From assembly GCA_973895155.1 (NCBI GenBank), contig OZ316893.1, positions 27,786,210 through 27,850,209 on the forward strand: a DNA stretch of 64,000 nucleotides. The letters run 5' to 3'. This DNA comes from Marsupella aquatica. Lineage: Eukaryota; Plantae; Marchantiophyta. Each line of letters begins with the position of its first letter. Position 1 is the first letter of the stretch. Under the pieces are notes generated by a model. That model saw nothing but the letters and a program-made list of their open reading frames with translations. It searched no databases and was not told the DNA's origin. Positions 62,501 to 64,000 of this stretch are shown here, in pieces. Both the position numbers and the translations under genes were made by a program.

Positions 62501-64000
62501 CTTTGTGTCTCACTGTTAGCATTGCTCGTAGGTGTGTTGGATGGAGGACTGCTGGCATGCTCGTCCGTGCTGTCTACTAATGAAATGTGTATTTCAGAGC
62601 ACAGCTTGGCATTGCCCTGAATAGACGAGTCTAGTCGGTATAGACTATTGTGTCTATCCCTTGTTGCCCTCAGAAAGATCTTATTAGGATCTTCTTTATC
62701 CAACACGTAGCAATGACGGGAATTAAATAATACATTGTGGCCTTCATCAGCCAACTGACCAACTGACAAGAGATTGCGAGTCATACCAGGCACGTACAAA
62801 ACCTTTTTGACCACTTTATTTCCATTGAACTTAGTGCTGCCTCTTCCAGCAACTGGAATGCGTGCACCAGAGGCAGTAGTTACATTGGAGGTGGATGCGT
62901 ATGGAACAACGTGATTAAGAGTACTCTTGTTCCCAGTTACATGAGTACTAGCACCTGAATCAACTAGCCAATCTTGACTAGCTTTGAATTCTGTGAGATT
63001 AACTTCTAAGATGCTTCTGTCGGGATCGCTGTCGGACTCACATTCTTCAGGTTCCACCGTCTCAGCCACGTTTGCATGGTGCATGCCTTTCTTAATGTCC
63101 GCATGCTTGATTTGTAGGCCCTTGATTTGGCTCTCAATCTTCTTGAGGCATTCCCCTTCCCAGTGACCAATATGCCCACAGAAATTGCAAGCTTCGGTCT
63201 TCCTGGCTGAAGAAGGTGCGCTTCGTCCCCGTCCACGATAGTTGTTTCTGCCTCTGCCACATCCACGAAGAGGGCCACCACGCTGGGTGTTGTAGCTAGT
63301 CATCAGTGCTTCTTCGGTGTCGTTGCTCTGTAAAGCCCGTTGCATTTCTTCGGCCTCAAGGTGACCAATAAGGTCTGAGAATGACAGTGTCGGGAACTGA
63401 TGCAGCAAGGTACCAAACGACATGATAAATGGCTTCCAGCTCGCAGGTAATCCTTTGAGAGTGGTGCGGATTAGTTCCTTATCTTCTATAACAAAATTGA
63501 TGTCACCTAGCTGCATCACCAAGTTGTCAATCTCACGAATGTATTCCTCAACACTACTCCCTTCGGACATGTGCATCTTAGACAGTTTATCCCTGAGGAT
63601 GAGCTGCTTACCCATGGCCGCGGATTCAAAACGCGATTTCAGCTGTAGCCATATCTTGGCAAGATCGTCAATGTACTTCTTCACGATAGGGAAGATGTGA
63701 TCCTTGACCGTCTGAGAGAAGATGTAGATTGCTCTTTCCTTCTTTTCTTCGATTTGCTCTGGCGTGAGTTGCATTGGCTTCGTGGGGTCTGGACTGACCA
63801 GCTCGAACCACACTTTATCCTTGCGGAACTGTCGCTCCACCTTGAAGGACCACCCGATGAAATTCTTACTGCCATCGAGCTTGTCCTTGTCTGCATAGAC
63901 GAGGCCTTTGTCAAACTCGTAGTGGACATTCTGAGCTGCAGGAGGTCCAGTGCTTGGCGATGCTTGCTGTGTGCTGCTGCCTGGTGAGGCAGCTTGGGAG
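59581..64000 (-). CDS. pol: copia gag-pol polyprotein with a single in-frame TAA at 60577-60579
   Basis: LDGSKNFIGW (gag), CNFCGHIGHWEGEC knuckle, WLVDSGAS protease, LWHRRLSH, HTDLCGP/RSDRGGEY/AERKNR integrase, YGLKQSPRAW/FVDD RT, GYTDSD/STTEAEY/CDNQG/ADILTK RNase H. The two ORFs are in the same frame. Confidence 0.96.

Larger units (their letters stand above)
58780..64000 (-). mobile_element. Ty1/copia LTR retrotransposon; 5' end outside window
   Basis: gag-PR-INT-RT-RH order; PPT GGGAGGGGG (58979-58971) followed by TGTTAAG, the 3' LTR start at 58970. The distal LTR end was not determined. Confidence 0.93.

Overview
Eukaryotic, almost certainly land-plant, repeat-rich DNA: GT-AG introns, plant TE superfamilies and C>T-type nonsense codons typical of methylated DNA. 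A bryophyte or other non-seed plant is plausible but not provable here. The window is a nest of transposons: a DUF7869/Sola1-like transposase (1-2791), a PIF/Harbinger remnant, a CACTA element (from 6651), a 4.6-kb solo LTR, a 5'-truncated Ty3/gypsy element, a complete 12.2-kb Sola2-like element (26-bp TIRs, 4-bp TSD), several MITEs, two Helitron-like elements and a nearly intact Ty1/copia element. The main unusual signal is that four unrelated TE superfamilies each carry an atypical accessory gene. (1) The gypsy LTR itself encodes a ~1150-aa PMD-like/coiled-coil protein, so even the solo LTR is a gene. (2) The CACTA carries a SET-domain gene that appears to share exon 1 with the transposase. 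(3) The copia has an antisense ORF with an RNase H1/CaMV-P6-type hybrid-binding domain. (4) The Sola2 carries RING-H2 and RPA-like OB-fold cargo genes. Outside the TEs there is a TATA-preceded cluster of four related, covarying miRNA-like hairpins (50950-51560). Domain calls come from reading motifs by eye; no searches were run.
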